The notes under the pieces were generated by a model. The model ran no database searches and was not told the DNA's origin. It saw nothing but the letters and a program-made list of their open reading frames with translations. This document shows positions 50,901 through 64,000 of a DNA stretch of 64,000 bases, one piece after another (positions within the stretch are counted from its first letter, which is position 1; each line of letters begins with the position of its first letter). Origin of the DNA: Blasia pusilla (lineage: Eukaryota). The position numbers were made by a program, and so were the translations under genes. The DNA is taken from assembly GCA_050084515.1 (NCBI GenBank), contig CM114271.1, positions 13,578,001 to 13,642,000 of the forward strand. The letters are read 5' to 3'.

Positions 50901-52139
50901 TTATAAGGTCTTGCCTCTTTTGATTTGTTACTTATGATGATGTGTTTTCTAGCGTTTTGACCCTTGGGGTCCCACGAACTTGATTTATTTACCATTTCCC
51001 ATTTACCATATTGAAAGTGGAATCTCCGGGAAACAAGGGCAACTTAGATAACTACTTGCTAATTCTGATTTACAATAGCCAAAATATACAACAATAGAAC
51101 TCTAAGAACCCATAGCTATTACATATTACTACATGCATAAGTACTACTAGGAATGGTTGCAGCCTCTGTAGTACTTGGCGTTGTATCTTATAAAAGACTG
51201 TGTTTGACTAAGAAACGGTGGGTACTTGTCGTCCTTTAAGCTTATAGTGCGTACATGCGTTGGAGACGAGATGGATGTGGGAACGATGATCTGCCCTACA
51301 AGAGGCCATGGCCATTGCATGCCATATTATTGGGAGGACTCATATATTAGATTCTCATACGATTATGCTTAAGTGAGAGATTCACACGTACCCAAGGTGG
51401 TTTTTGGGATATGTGAGCATTTTGCCCTTTTCGGCCATGTTTGTTTTATGTTGAGTTTGAGCATTTACAGCCCAATTTGTTGGTTTCCATAGCCTAATGA
51501 TGATTGGATAACTATGGGAAGCCAAAAAGGAATTCCAACTTGAGACCAAGATGGAGAAGGATATGTTCCTATTTGTGGGATGGCTTGTGATGTAGAACCT
51601 TCATATCCTTGCAACTGTAAATATGAAATATTCATCATTTGTATTATCTGAAGGGATGTGTGTAGATGAAGTAAAAATCCTCTGACATAGAAATTAATGG
51701 TGCTTTAGAACAATGGAAAATGTATCCTTTCTAGTGGAGTTGAAGGTTTTTGACCATTTTGTGTTTTTTGCATTTTTGGTCTTGGTAGTAAGGGTTATTT
51801 TCCTTTGTTGTATCCTACAACACATCAAAGATCCAAAAAATCAATGAGCAGATTTTGATGCATAATCTTCAAGAAAAAAATCATTTCAAAAGTTGAAATG
51901 AATCCAATTACCCTCCCCTCCTCTAGCCACGCCTCATTGTCATCATCATCAAAGGTGTAATGTCTCATTCTCTTAGCAAAGGAACTATCTTGTACTTTCG
52001 CTTTGCCCTCCAATCTGCAACTTCACCATAAGAGAAGAGTAGAAGTTGAAGAGTGTAGTACCTTCCTCCTCTTCTAACCCCTTGGCGCCTCAAATGTTAC
52101 AAATAAAACCAAAATGTGTAAGAGCAAGGGGCCATAAAC

Positions 52140-53912
52140 ATGCACATACGCATCGCTAGACAACATACATCATTGTCATCGAATATACACACAAACACAC
52201 AAGATATCATACTGACTCATGACTCCAAATATCTCCAATAAATCACAAGCACTCAAAATGTCTCACCATGTGCACACAAACTAAATCTCTCTCTCTCTTC
52301 TATATATATAGAAGGTAGATGATGAGGTGGAGTTGGCAACCCATATAACGATTGGTTCTCCCTAGCTGAGGTGGGAGCAGCAATCAAAGAACTTGTGAAC
52401 CACAAAGTAGGCGGTGGTGATGAGCTTGTGAATGAATTGTTGAAGTATGGAGATGCTGCTATGGCTCGTTCTCTAGTGAGTCTCTTCAACCTGGTCTGGC
52501 GGGAAAAAGTTATCCCACAAAGATGGCGGGTGGGAGTCATCGTGAACCTCTTCAAGAAGGGTGAGCGAGAAGACCCTAGAAACTACAGGGGTATTACATT
52601 GCTGAGTGTAGTTGGGAAGCTCTTTTGCCGTATACTCAACAATAGGATCTCTGTGTACTTGGAGGAGAATTCTGTCATCAAGGAAGGCCAGGCTGGCTTC
52701 CGGCAAGCCCGAGGATGCATGGATCACATCTTCACTTTCAGTCAGATTATTCAGGGTAGGAAAAAAGAGGGGAAACCCACCTATTGCTTCTTCTTGGACC
52801 TCAAGAGGATATACAACACTGTATGGCGTGATGGGCTATCTTATAGCTTGTGGAAGGCGGGGCTGAGAGGGAAAATATGGAGGGTGGTGGAGAAGATGTA
52901 CCAGAACACAAGGAGTAGAGTTCTGGTGAATGGCCAAAAGAGTGAGACATTCAACATCAAGCAAGGAGTGGCTCAAGGATACCCGCTCTCCCCCACCCTC
53001 TTCAACATTTTCCTGAATTCCCTATTGGAATAAATGGAGGATAGTGGACTAGGCATACGGGTGGGAAACAACTCTGTTGTTGCTGATGACTTTGATGGCC
53101 TCGAGGAAATAGGAGAGAAACTCCAAGAGATGATCTCCTTGACCAAAATCTGATGTGACACGTGGGGCATGGAGGCAAATGTGATGAAGTGCGTTGTGAT
53201 GATTTTCAATGGCAAGAAGGAGGACCAAGATTGAGCTCCCAGCAGGGCTTGAATTGTAGGAGCAAGATGAGAAAGCATTCATGGATACCATAACCAAAGC
53301 AGTGGGCAAACGCTCACAGCAAAACAGCATGGAGAAAGCCATGAAAATGTCTGACCTTTCTCTTTTGACGGTATATCTCGAGAAGGCATAATTGAAGAAC
53401 TGTTTGCGGGGAAATCCTTGCTTGGGAACCTAGCTCAAGTTCTAGTTCAGAACGGGAGAAATCCCCTTGAACCATAAGAAAAATAGGATGGGAACACAAC
53501 TAAACTCTTGCGCCTTGTGTGAGGATGGGGATGAAACCTCTAGTCATTATTTGGTCTCCTATGAAAAATTCACAATATACAGAGCTAGAGCATATGCTAA
53601 TATTGCTAAGTTGGTAGCACCAGAATTGTTCAACACATTGAGTAGCCTTGATTCATTGCCCAAAGCTGCTGCACTGGTAAGTAATGTCTATTGGGGATCC
53701 CAATCAGGTAAAGTAGATGGTGTGGTGAAGAGTTTCTTGGTTGACACTTGGAAGCTCTGCACAAACACGTTATTTGGTCAGCACTCACACTATGTGAGAG
53801 TGTCTCCCTCCTCTCACTTGCTTCTCTCTCTACATCCATCCCAATCTCAAGTACCGTCCAACCAGGGCGCGGGGTCTATGGTGGCAAGGCTACGACATGC
53901 ACTACTTAATGA

Positions 53913-53985
<73 letters not shown>

Positions 53986-54686
53986 CATACATACATACAA
54001 GAGAATGGAGCCTGTCTATCCTTGAGGTAGGAGGTGATAGGTTTCATGTAGAAGGTGATAGGTTTAGGGTCCACGGGATCTTTGTTGAACCTCTTAGCAT
54101 GAGGCGGTAGAGTTATAGTCCTCCCTACCTTTTCAGTAATCTAAAACTCTCATTAGGAGAGTGGATTTGGTAGAGAGAGAGAGAGAGAGAGATGTAGTTT
54201 GGGCCTATTTGATGAACTTACTATTCAAGAAAAAAGTTTTATGCTATTTTTAGAGTATTTCCTTTCCCTTATCTTTGTAGAAAGCAACCCTTGAACTACT
54301 ATTTTAGGTTTAGGGTTGAGGAGGTTCAACACAGATAATAAGCTCCAAAACTCTCTCTCCTTGAGCTTACCCCCTTCCCTCTCTGGGGCTCTCCCAAGCT
54401 CTCTCCAAGGTAACTTGTGCTCACATATCATCTCCTTGGGTCTTCAATTGTTGTAAGGGATCAATGGTAACTTCCCAAACCTAAAAGTAAACTTTACTCC
54501 TAACAATAACTTACCCAAAATATTAAGTTTCTCTATGTAGCTCTAAATGAGTAAAAAAGAGGGAAAACGTGCTCTCTCAAGTGATCCAAGGCCTAAGAAA
54601 GTCACCTCCAGCCTTCAGAGGCTCTTCTCTAATATCTTTGAAGGCACTCTACCAAAATTCATCAATCTATCCTAAACAATGTGACA
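52140..54686 (-). mobile_element. Diverged solo X-Y terminal unit of the Gypsy family, interrupted by a LINE
   Basis: 52141-52240 resembles Y, including the junction 'aaatatctccaataaa'. 54350-54686 resembles X and ends 'tgtgaca'. An internal piece (~54075-54175) is inverted. Confidence 0.7.
52311..53982 (+). mobile_element. Family A LINE, 5'-truncated and internally deleted, with (TC)n tail
   Basis: RT ORF 52371-53033 and C-terminal CCHC 53467 onward. Tail 53916-53982; TC tract upstream at ~52286-52300. Confidence 0.92.
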
Positions 54687-57243
54687 ATACAGTGCACAAA
54701 ATAAATTATTTTATTTTATTTTTAATTGATGTCAACGTCAAGCATCCATAAATAAACCTCTCAACTGAATGGGCATATAATAGTTATAATGTCTTTCAAA
54801 TACGTCAATCCACCGAACAAGAGAGCTTCTTGCCTTTCTCTCCCTTACTTTACCAACTTGTTGTAAAGTAAGAAGATAGGAATGGGTTTGTACCAGACTC
54901 ATTCCTAGCTTCTTGATCAGGCCCAAATTCTTGCTAAATCACTTCCTATTGTGGCTTCTCCACTCTACCCATCTAATACAGAGAGAATGGAAATAAGACC
55001 GATCTATGGTACTTACAATTTTTGTAGAGAGAAAAAACTCTTTTAGATTGAGATAGGAAGCTCCCCAATGACATTAGCATTTGAAGGTTGTAGGATTGGA
55101 AGGCGGTTCAAAGACGAATATCAGGTAATTAATTAACGTGTTGAAATTTCTTTCGTGAGATTCCTAAAAAATGCACGCATTCCATTTGTTAGCACCGCGT
55201 CGATTTCACTTCAACTCAAGAGAAGTAATTTGAAATGAATCAATCCATTATGTGATTTGGATTTTGTGATTTAGGAAGAGGAGATCAAAAGCCAATATTG
55301 TGAGGAAGACAATGGTGTTATCCATGATCTAGAGAATGACTCTTGGGAGTAAGAGCTTGCACATTGCTAGCTTGAGATAGATTGTTGGAACATCACCTAT
55401 ATATGGAAAGTACTATGTTATGGAGATAGGGCCATGCATGCTAGTGTGTTAACAATAGTTTTCAATTTCAATGCTCATTTCGGTTAGTTTCTGTCATGTA
55501 GTAAAGCGTCCTTTGCTCGATACACCTCTTGTGTAGGGAGTTACCTTGACCCACCTTCATAAATAAGTACTCAACAACACTACAAGTAGCTTTGGGCTTT
55601 TTCCAATTTAGATTTTAATCTACAGTAGCCAAAACCCAACCATAGAAAAAGATTAAATTTAGCCTAGGGAAAACGAACTAGCAATAGATTTTATGCTCTA
55701 GTAGAGCTCTAAATTTTTCTAGCCCACTCTATATTTAAAATGATTTTTGAGTGGCTAAAACAACCTAGCTATTAGGGTACAGTTGCACACTCAAAAAGTC
55801 TGTGTTTGCGAGCTTATGTCCGTGCGAGCCGGGGTGCTCGCGAAAATATTGGGGCCCATGCTACCCGAATTGTACGCCTTTGCTCGACTAGCTCGCACCT
55901 CTTCCTAACAATCCACAACCCATTTTTTTCGCCCGCTTTCTAGCCCGCGTCAGCCCTACATGACCTTCCAATCCTAACCATCCTCATTGGTCATCGCGTC
56001 CACCGCATGAGAGGCCCGTGTCCTGGCCCATGCCGACCTGCGTCGTACGTCTTCCCTCTCGACCTATCACAAGTTGCCATGTGGTAGCTTGCAATCCATC
56101 CTTCGGGCATGCAATTGGCTCGTATCCCACAAACTCGGCCCCGAGCAGACACATGGCATGTTTTCATTTATGGAGGCTAGGTGCAAAACCACCTTCTCCA
56201 TTCACAACACCTAAAATAGGTTTTAAACATAAACCCATAAGCTTGGGGCCCACAATTACTGATAAGTGGAGGATTACCCCCTAATTAAGCCACATATACC
56301 CTATTTCCTTTATGCTTTCCTCCTTTTGTTTGAAAGTAGGCCTAGGATTAGTCTTGGATTAAGCTTCAAGTTTCTATTGGTGCCTTTAGAGCTTTGGGCT
56401 TTCAAGATTGCTAGGACTTTTGGGAAAATTTGTTGGGTGCTTTTAGGGATAGTTACATTTTTTTCGTGATCGACTTGGATATTTTCGCTCTTTGTTGTGT
56501 CTTAAGCAAACTCTGATTTATTCCACATTAGGTGAGAGGTTGTGAGTGTGGAATTATCTTGTGTTACTAAACTTGTTTTGTGATCTTGAGATTTTCAATT
56601 CACCATCTTTAATTTTGACGTGTTTCATTGGCTTTCCTTAGCACATTAGGGATGTGGAGGTGGTCAAGAAAACTTATATGAGCGCACATATATTCCTTTT
56701 GAGTGCAAAACACTAAACCTGGATCCCACATTCTATCCTTCACGTATGTGTAGACCAAGCCATTGTTATAGCATCACCAATTGTTATCTTTTCAATACTT
56801 CCTGATCTCCACCTCAAAATTTTGACATATCTAGTACCATTTTCTTTTTTGGTTGTGTAGAAAATCTTCTTATCTTCCTTCTCTAAGCTATATGTTTAGC
56901 AGGGCTTGAGTCTTTGGGGGTGGGAGATAACATAATGGAGTCAAGAGATAGTGCTGAGAGACAAAGAGTCAATTCCACGAATGACTTTAACATGTCTATA
57001 AGAAAGGCATGGCTAGACTACTTTTTCCAACTACCATTAGGGAAGAGACAATCTTATATTTCCAAGGGTATGGATGAATTCCCTTACTTAACCTTGAAAT
57101 TGCAAAGATTGTGTAAGAGAGTTTCAAACGTATAAAATTGGGAATTCAATAGCAGAGAGGCTAAGAGATTAAGTGCATTTTATACCCAACAAGATATTAA
57201 CTTTGGGAGAGTGTATGTTGATCTCAAGACATACAAGAAGGAA

Positions 57244-57560
57244 CACTAGTAGAAAATGGGCCATTTTAAACCCATGTGTTTGTGACTCTGTTACTAAGAG
57301 TCTTATAAATTACTCATTGTTACTCCAAAACTGATGAAATAACTCCCAAATTACTTATACAAAAATGGAGTCACCTTTTTTTACTACATTAAACTTAGAG
57401 AGGGGGAAGAGTTTAGTTCACTTAAGATTGCCCAAATCACAACAACTAAACTTACTTGCAATGTACTTGTAACTTAAAGTTAAAAGATTGGTGCATTGAA
57501 TTTATAATAGTTGTGCTAGGGTGAGTAGCAAATAATTACTAAAAAGATTTTTTTAAAATC
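57244..57560 (+). mobile_element. CACTA-type terminal inverted repeat and subterminal region
   Basis: 'CACTAGTAGAAAA' at 57244 followed by repeated tactc/ttact motifs. Another 'CACTACAAG' lies at 55578. Confidence 0.5.
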
Positions 57561-58022
57561 GTGGTTACAAGAATATGTAGGTTAAACATGCATTTAACAT
57601 GACTATTTTAACATGCATTTCCAAGTAATCCTAATCTTCTCCTGCATTTAGGGTTTAATCACCTAATAACCTCCCGCGCAAACTTGTAAAGCCTAAACTT
57701 GTTCGATATTGACTTTAGAGCATGGACGAGAGAGAGAAGAAGACTCGAGAAGGGAGTAGCCGATTGAATTTTGTTGATGTAATCCGGATGAGAGAAAGTG
57801 TGAAGGTGGTGGCAAACACTCCGTTGTCAATCAAGTGTGTTATTTGTAATCCAATCCATAGTCAATTTTTTCTTAAGTAGAAAACCCCCATCTAGAGCAG
57901 ATGTGGCCCCATGAGTTCATGCGTCGTCTATTGAAGCTCAACCACAAGCTTTTTTGGCTATAGGGAAGATGGGCATGGTGATTCCAAATTTGAATCTGTC
58001 AAGCTTGTTCATCACTTTGCTG

Positions 58023-58161
<139 letters not shown>

Positions 58162-58196
58162 GATCAAACACAAATCAAAAGTCGTGAATCGTGCAG

Positions 58197-58870
58197 CTAT
58201 GCTCTGCGCACATAAATGTCCAACATCCGCAAGCCGTCCATGCCGCCCAACAATGTAGAAATGGTTTCGTCTAGGCTGTTCACATGCAGGTATAAGGTGT
58301 GCAACTTCTTCAAATTCCCCAAAGACTCAAGGAGCTGCCCCACCAAGCCATTGGTGTTTAGATCAAGATGTTGGAGATTGGTCAAGGTTCCAATGCCCGA
58401 AGGAAACCCCGAGCCAATAATTTTTGGATAGATCCAAGTACCATATCACTTTTTGATTGGCCATATCCTCTGAGATATTACCTGACAACAGATCTAGAAC
58501 TTCTATGTTGATGAGATTTTGAAAGCATGAGGGTATGATCCCGTTGAGGTTATTGGAGCTAAGGTCAAAGTGGTGGAGCGATGACAGATTGCAAGAAGAA
58601 AGGCGGGACTCGTGAAATTATTGAACCTCAGGGAAATGTCGAGAAGAGTATCGATGTCTACCAAACTCTCCGGATCTGAACCCAACAAGAAGTTGGATCC
58701 CAAACTCACATTTGGCAGAGATTTGACGCCTCCGATACTCTCTAGGAGCGTACCCAAAATGTTCAACGAATTGAGGTTGATTTCCGTCATCTACCCCTCA
58801 CTGCAAACGATGCCATTCCAATTACATGGAGTATATGGCATTTAGTTTGTTCCAATTTTTGAGAGAACGC
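58197..58870 (-). pseudogene. Plant LRR ectodomain fragment (LRR-RLK/RLP-like)
   Basis: LRRNT cap 'PCNWNGIVC', repeats 'LQHLDLNTNGLVGQLLESLGNLKKLHTLYLHVNSL' and 'VSLGSNFLLGSDPESL'. Frameshifted. Confidence 0.8.
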
Positions 58871-61800
58871 AGGGGATCATCTCGCGGAAAAAGATCTAGA
58901 GACCATACAGTAGTAGTGTTTCGTCCAGACGCTTTATTGCGTTCCTTTGTGTTTATTTTCTGTCGTAGGGTCTAGTGCAGCGGCAATATCGTGCGAGATA
59001 TATCACAAGCAGGAAATTTTTATCCCAGGTCAAGGTAAGGTTTGTACGGGACATTTGGGGAGCTGATGTAGATGTTTCTGTTCTTCATGTGGAATGTTCT
59101 TAGTTTGTGGAATTCCCTGACCAAATTTCACATGTGGGACCGGGAACATTTATTTGCCTCATCTCCAACTAGCTTATTCTCTTAGTCGTGCTCATGAATG
59201 GCCCATCTCCACAGTGGATGAAGAGAGAAATTCTCGAGGCACTCTCATTTGGACCGATTGTTGATTGTCCTTACAGATCGGAGAGAACACACACTGATGC
59301 CTCTGTGAGAGCTTGGTAATGTACCAAGACGAATCCTCTTTTGGGTAAGAGAACATTCAGATCTGACAATCATTGGTGGCTGGTAGAGCTTTGAAGGAGT
59401 CGGAGCATATAGTGAGCAGATACAAATTTTGGAAGCTACGTTTTCACCGCACACAACTCTAAGATATGATATTTGACTGAAATTCATGGGTTGTTTTTGT
59501 TGGAATTTATTAGATATGTTAATGGACATGTGCACTCTTTATATGTTAATGGACATGTGGATTGGAGAGAGAAGTTTTGTAGTCATTAAATATCTGTGTG
59601 ATATAGCCTTGTGAACCATGGAGAGAGAAGTCTTAGGAATGTAACATCCTTCATATCTCTAGATGGTATCAGAGTGATGGCGGGTGTTTCATTACAACCA
59701 ATGGCTCAGAACAACATAGGGTACTTTTTGTCCAGATTGAGGAGCCTTCCTTTTGAAGTGAAGGTAAGGATATGTACCATGAGCAGGCCTACTAGTCTCT
59801 TGGACCGTGTCCTTGCCCTCCCAGAATCTGCAAAGGCAAACATTTGCTACTTCCATGCTTACTCTAAGCGTTATTGGACCCCAAATAGGCAACAAAGGTA
59901 GACTAGGAATTGGCTATTTTTCTTGGAAGATCGCCACATGTATGTGCAATTTGTAGCCTTGTTATGTGGAGGGAGGATAGAGGACCACTATTAGCATGGC
60001 TAATGCTTGGGATCACCCGCAAAGTCACCCTTCATATGTGTCATGATGTAGGGGGGATTCTCCCTGGGGATGGATCATCCCATAGTTAGGAAGGCACTTT
60101 GAGGGGCCATGGTGTGTATACACTCTTCACCTTGGAGGATACAAGACCCTATTACGGGGATGTAGGCAACCAAACAATCAGTAAGAAGTAGTTGTTTCTG
60201 TAGAAACAAGTGCTTTTTATGCTACTTAACTTTAACTCGTTCTATGTACAGGTACCGTAGGATTGAGTATTGGAAATCCAAGTATCGTGAAGGGTACAGG
60301 TAACCTCAACATCCATTGAAATCCATTTTTAAGCTTTTGTTTGTCATGTTTGAATCATGGACATTCAATATGCATTGAAGTTCTACACCCGATAGTAATC
60401 TTCACTTGTTATTTAGCAAGGTTGATTGGATGCTATGCACCACATTGCAACACTCCCTTCAGATATTGTGGAGCACATTGTTTATAACATGGCTATTGTG
60501 CACGATCATGATGCAGAAGTTTTTTGTGTCTCTTAAGTTAGTGGGCCTCGCACATATTACTTTTCCCTAAGATGGTTGATGTGGGGTGCAGCTTGATTAT
60601 GATGGGAGGTTGGAGTCTATGAAGTTTTGCATTTAGTTGGGTATCGTCGACAATGTGGTACTTCACATTTGCCATGATGTAGGCTTTCGGATATTCTCAC
60701 ACGATGGCGAGCGCTTCCACTCCGAGCCCCACGTCTATGATGACAGAGAGTTTTCCATGATTGATGCCATTTGGAGAATCTGTATGGAGCTCAACATGCT
60801 TTTCTCTATAAAGAATTTTTGCCCTCAATTGAGTGCCTTGTGTCCTACCACCATTGACGTTGTTCACAGATAGAATGCCTTATCGGGCGCACAATGTGTG
60901 ATGGCTCAATTCTACGTGATCACACCTTCTGCCCTTGTTGTAGTGGTGATTGTGCATGGCCACCACAAGATAGGACCCTGGCCTAGTTGTTTCACCATCA
61001 AGGGAGAGTGATCTCGTGGACTTCCTTCAAGCCTAAATTTTCCGCTATCAATTTTGCTATCTATCTAGAGTGAATTCTTAGGCCACATACACTCATAAAA
61101 TGGACACTGAGATGATGAACTCAAAAAAACATATATTAATGTTTGGATAGGTTTGGGAATGACATTAAGTTTCAGTATGAATGGATATTGTATGGTGTAT
61201 ATATTAATAAGGTGTTCATATGGTATGTCCTCCTTCTTGTATACCTCTCAAACACTAGGTGCCTACCTAATATGAGGGTCTTGCAATTGTACTCCATAAG
61301 GCTTTCAGTCACACCTTGTCAGACCATAAAATGATGGTGAAGACGATCAATCCAGCTCAGATGAGCTTCCGGCTCTTAAGGAGCCCTGTCCATCAACTGT
61401 TGGGGGAAAGAAGAAGCAAGTAATTTCTCCGTTTCAATTAGATAGGATGTGTGTCTACAAGTATGTTTCAAGATTACTGGCATTTCAAAGACACCATCTT
61501 TAATTGGTTGTATGCATTGCATTAGCACAAAGGGAGAGTTGGGGGGCAAGGTACTTGGGCAAGGGCTGTTGTACTTGGGTGTGTACCTCACAATCGTATT
61601 CCTAGAAAACAACAAGTAGGTATATCATATAGTGGACAATAACAGACAGGCATATCTCAAGGTGGTACAGATGGACCCTATGCACAAAACTCCAAGCCAA
61701 GTTTGTTATACGGTGGATATTGTCCAACGGGGCAAGGGTGGAGTAGTACGAATCTATCTATTTGCAATTTCCATTTCATCTTTCATTATATTTTATAGGA

Positions 61801-62299
61801 TGATGGTTGGAAGGTCGTTTGATGTGTATGTACTACTCTGACATATATGTCATGTGTAGAATCTGTGCAGGGTGGATTCTCCAACTACACCGAGGGACCC
61901 TATCATGCGGTGCCAAATAGTCAAGATTGGTTTGGAACTAGCCAATACGTTTATAGACTCAATAATAGCACTCCAGACATGTATGGACAGCCCCAATGGT
62001 TGGGGCTAGGACCAACTCAAGGAGTGTAAATGACAAAGGGTACAAGTAATAGCAAGTCACATATATATAGAGAAGTATCTTCCCTATTGGGAAAATTTCT
62101 TCCTTGTGTTTTTAGTAATTAGTAAGTGACCTGACATCGATGTGCAAAGTCTGTTTTTAGGCACAAAGATTTGCAAAGTGGGATGGAGTCTTGATTGAAG
62201 TGTTGCATGTGTGTAGCAAAGTATACGACTCTAGGCTTGCAACGGGCAAGCGTAGGGAAAACATACACACCAAACTTAGTGAGTGAGAGCAACGTGTGT

Positions 62300-62793
62300 G
62301 GCGAGGGGGTGAAGGTCAGCAAAGTGGGTGTGAACAACTCTGGTTGGATCACCACAACTTCAGAAGGAAAGAATAGGTGGCATGCAGATTTTAGGGCGGA
62401 GGTGTTGCGATGGCTTGACTTCTCCATTGTGAGTTTTCAGACCAACACTTTGGTGATTGGAATTCAATGTTGAGTGATATTGCTGCTAGATGGAAGTATG
62501 TTGGAAACAATGGTAATGGAGTGGCTGTTCCATGTTCGGAGGAATATGCACAACGAATACTCAAGACAGAGAGATTTAGATTACGTCAGACACGGAAAGA
62601 AGCTGGAGGAGGCAAGAAAGTGGCCCCACCACCTCATGTAGACCCCAACCAATGGGGGAGATTACTAACGCACTTCATGAGTGAGAGTGCGAAGACAAAG
62701 AGTGAACAGATGTCCAAAGCACGGGTAGCGGTAACCAATCCAAACCCTGTAGGAAGAAAAGGGAATGCGCCAATTGCAGAGCGCCATGTATGA
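62300..62793 (+). mobile_element. CACTA/En-Spm-associated (Ptta/TnpA-like) coding remnant
   Basis: 'PPPHVDPNQWGRLLTHFMSESAKTKSEQMSKARVAVTNPNPVGRKG' fits the 'P....W..L...W.S.....SE.....R.......G..G' pattern of this family. CACTA-like termini lie upstream. Confidence 0.5.
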
Positions 62794-64000
62794 ATAATAT
62801 TGAAGGACCTGTCTTTAATTTCTATTACCATCATATATTTTTTGGCTTGGGCCAGTGTTTGATAGACTAAACTTGGTTGGTGTAACATGTCTTGTAGAGG
62901 AAAGAGAAGGGGCAAACCCCTACTAAGGCGTAAGTGCATGAGGAGGCAAAGAACCAAAGGAGTCATGGTACAACTATGGTGTCCAAGGAAGTATTTGCAT
63001 CTGGTTGCTATAGAGTTGAGGTGACTCTAGTGTATTTATAGTACATACTTGTTAATATAGAGTGAGATCGAGGTCTTGTGTTTCAGGCTGCAGGATCATC
63101 TAAGCTGACAGAGATCTCTACCCAATTAATGTCCATGGAGGAGTTGTTGCCTGAGTCTATGACTTACATAATTGATCACATGGATGCATTCTCCAACAAA
63201 TTGGATGTGCTAGAGGCAATAATACATATTGCTATTGCTAATCAACAAGAGAACTTCACAGAGTTGATGGAATTGATTTCCATAAGCTTGGGCAGGGACC
63301 ATGATGACATAAGGGGTTCCAAGGAGAGATCTGAAAATCCAAGAGTTGTATCCTCTCCTCATGGAGTTAGTGATGCGCACCCTGCTCCTAATGGAGCATT
63401 AGCCTTTATGCCGTTGAGTGTATCCTCTCCTCACCCAATCACCGGACCACCTTCAAGGGAGAGTGCACCCTCTCTGAAGTTGGTCACTATTGTGCCTTCG
63501 CCTCTAGTTCTTCCATAGGTTGCCAAGGATGTTCATAGAGTAAGAGGACTAGATAAAGTTGTTGCATTGGCATTGCACCAACTGATCCAAAGAAAAAGGG
63601 AGGCACAAAAGAGGTTAATGCTATTGTGTTTGCGGTGACCCTTTGAGTTCAGGTATGTGAGTTCAGAGTGATGTTGTGCACTTTACTTTGAAGTTGTTGA
63701 AGAATCATAATGTATTTGAAAGGGTGGTTAAATTTTCTTGTTGATTGTGATTGTAGAGACCACATATGAGGCCTCGGCCATTGTAGACAAACGCCAGGGT
63801 AGGACATCACGAAGATGCAATTTGGAGGCCACGGTAGTTTCAGAAGAGAATGAGGACATTGCAAGGATGTTGGTGGTGGACCACTGGAGTTGGATCATTT
63901 GGATCTTCTGCAAAAGCCAACGGTGGTGAGAGAGGCTACCAAGCCGGTGTTGAAATAATATGTTGTGCCTCCATTACAGCAATTGATGTCACACGAGAAT

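Noticed and set aside
47068-51736. Pairing CACTAG at 47068 with ctagtg near 51736 as one CACTA element
   Set aside because: Only a short TIR match and no 3-bp TSD (cac versus gag).
59664-59674. TGGTATCAGAG, an initiator-Met PBS-like motif
   Set aside because: Not preceded by an LTR ...CA end, and no gag follows.

Overview
This is a TE-dense nuclear window from a land plant. The 5S rRNA type and gene content suggest a seed-free plant (bryophyte or fern-like); the species cannot be determined. Only one host gene looks intact: a 7-exon proteasome assembly chaperone 2 gene (15125-21195). Its third intron holds a stack of LINE 3' ends. The rest consists of a decayed autonomous Helitron, a CRE-like RLE non-LTR retrotransposon, (TC)n-tailed LINEs, CACTA remnants, mini-Helitrons, an orphan 5S rRNA copy, and pseudogene fragments (fungal/bacterial-type GT2, GT92, Aquarius, ALE2-like RLK, LRR). 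The standout is a 10-kb minus-strand Ty3/Gypsy element (29174-39200, 4-bp TSD TATT). Its domain order is gag-protease-DNMT3-like C5 cytosine methyltransferase-RT-RNaseH-DDE integrase-PHD finger. Its termini are not a normal LTR pair but split direct repeats (X-internal-Y-X-Y), with no tRNA primer-binding site. All calls are by-eye motif recognition; no database searches were run.
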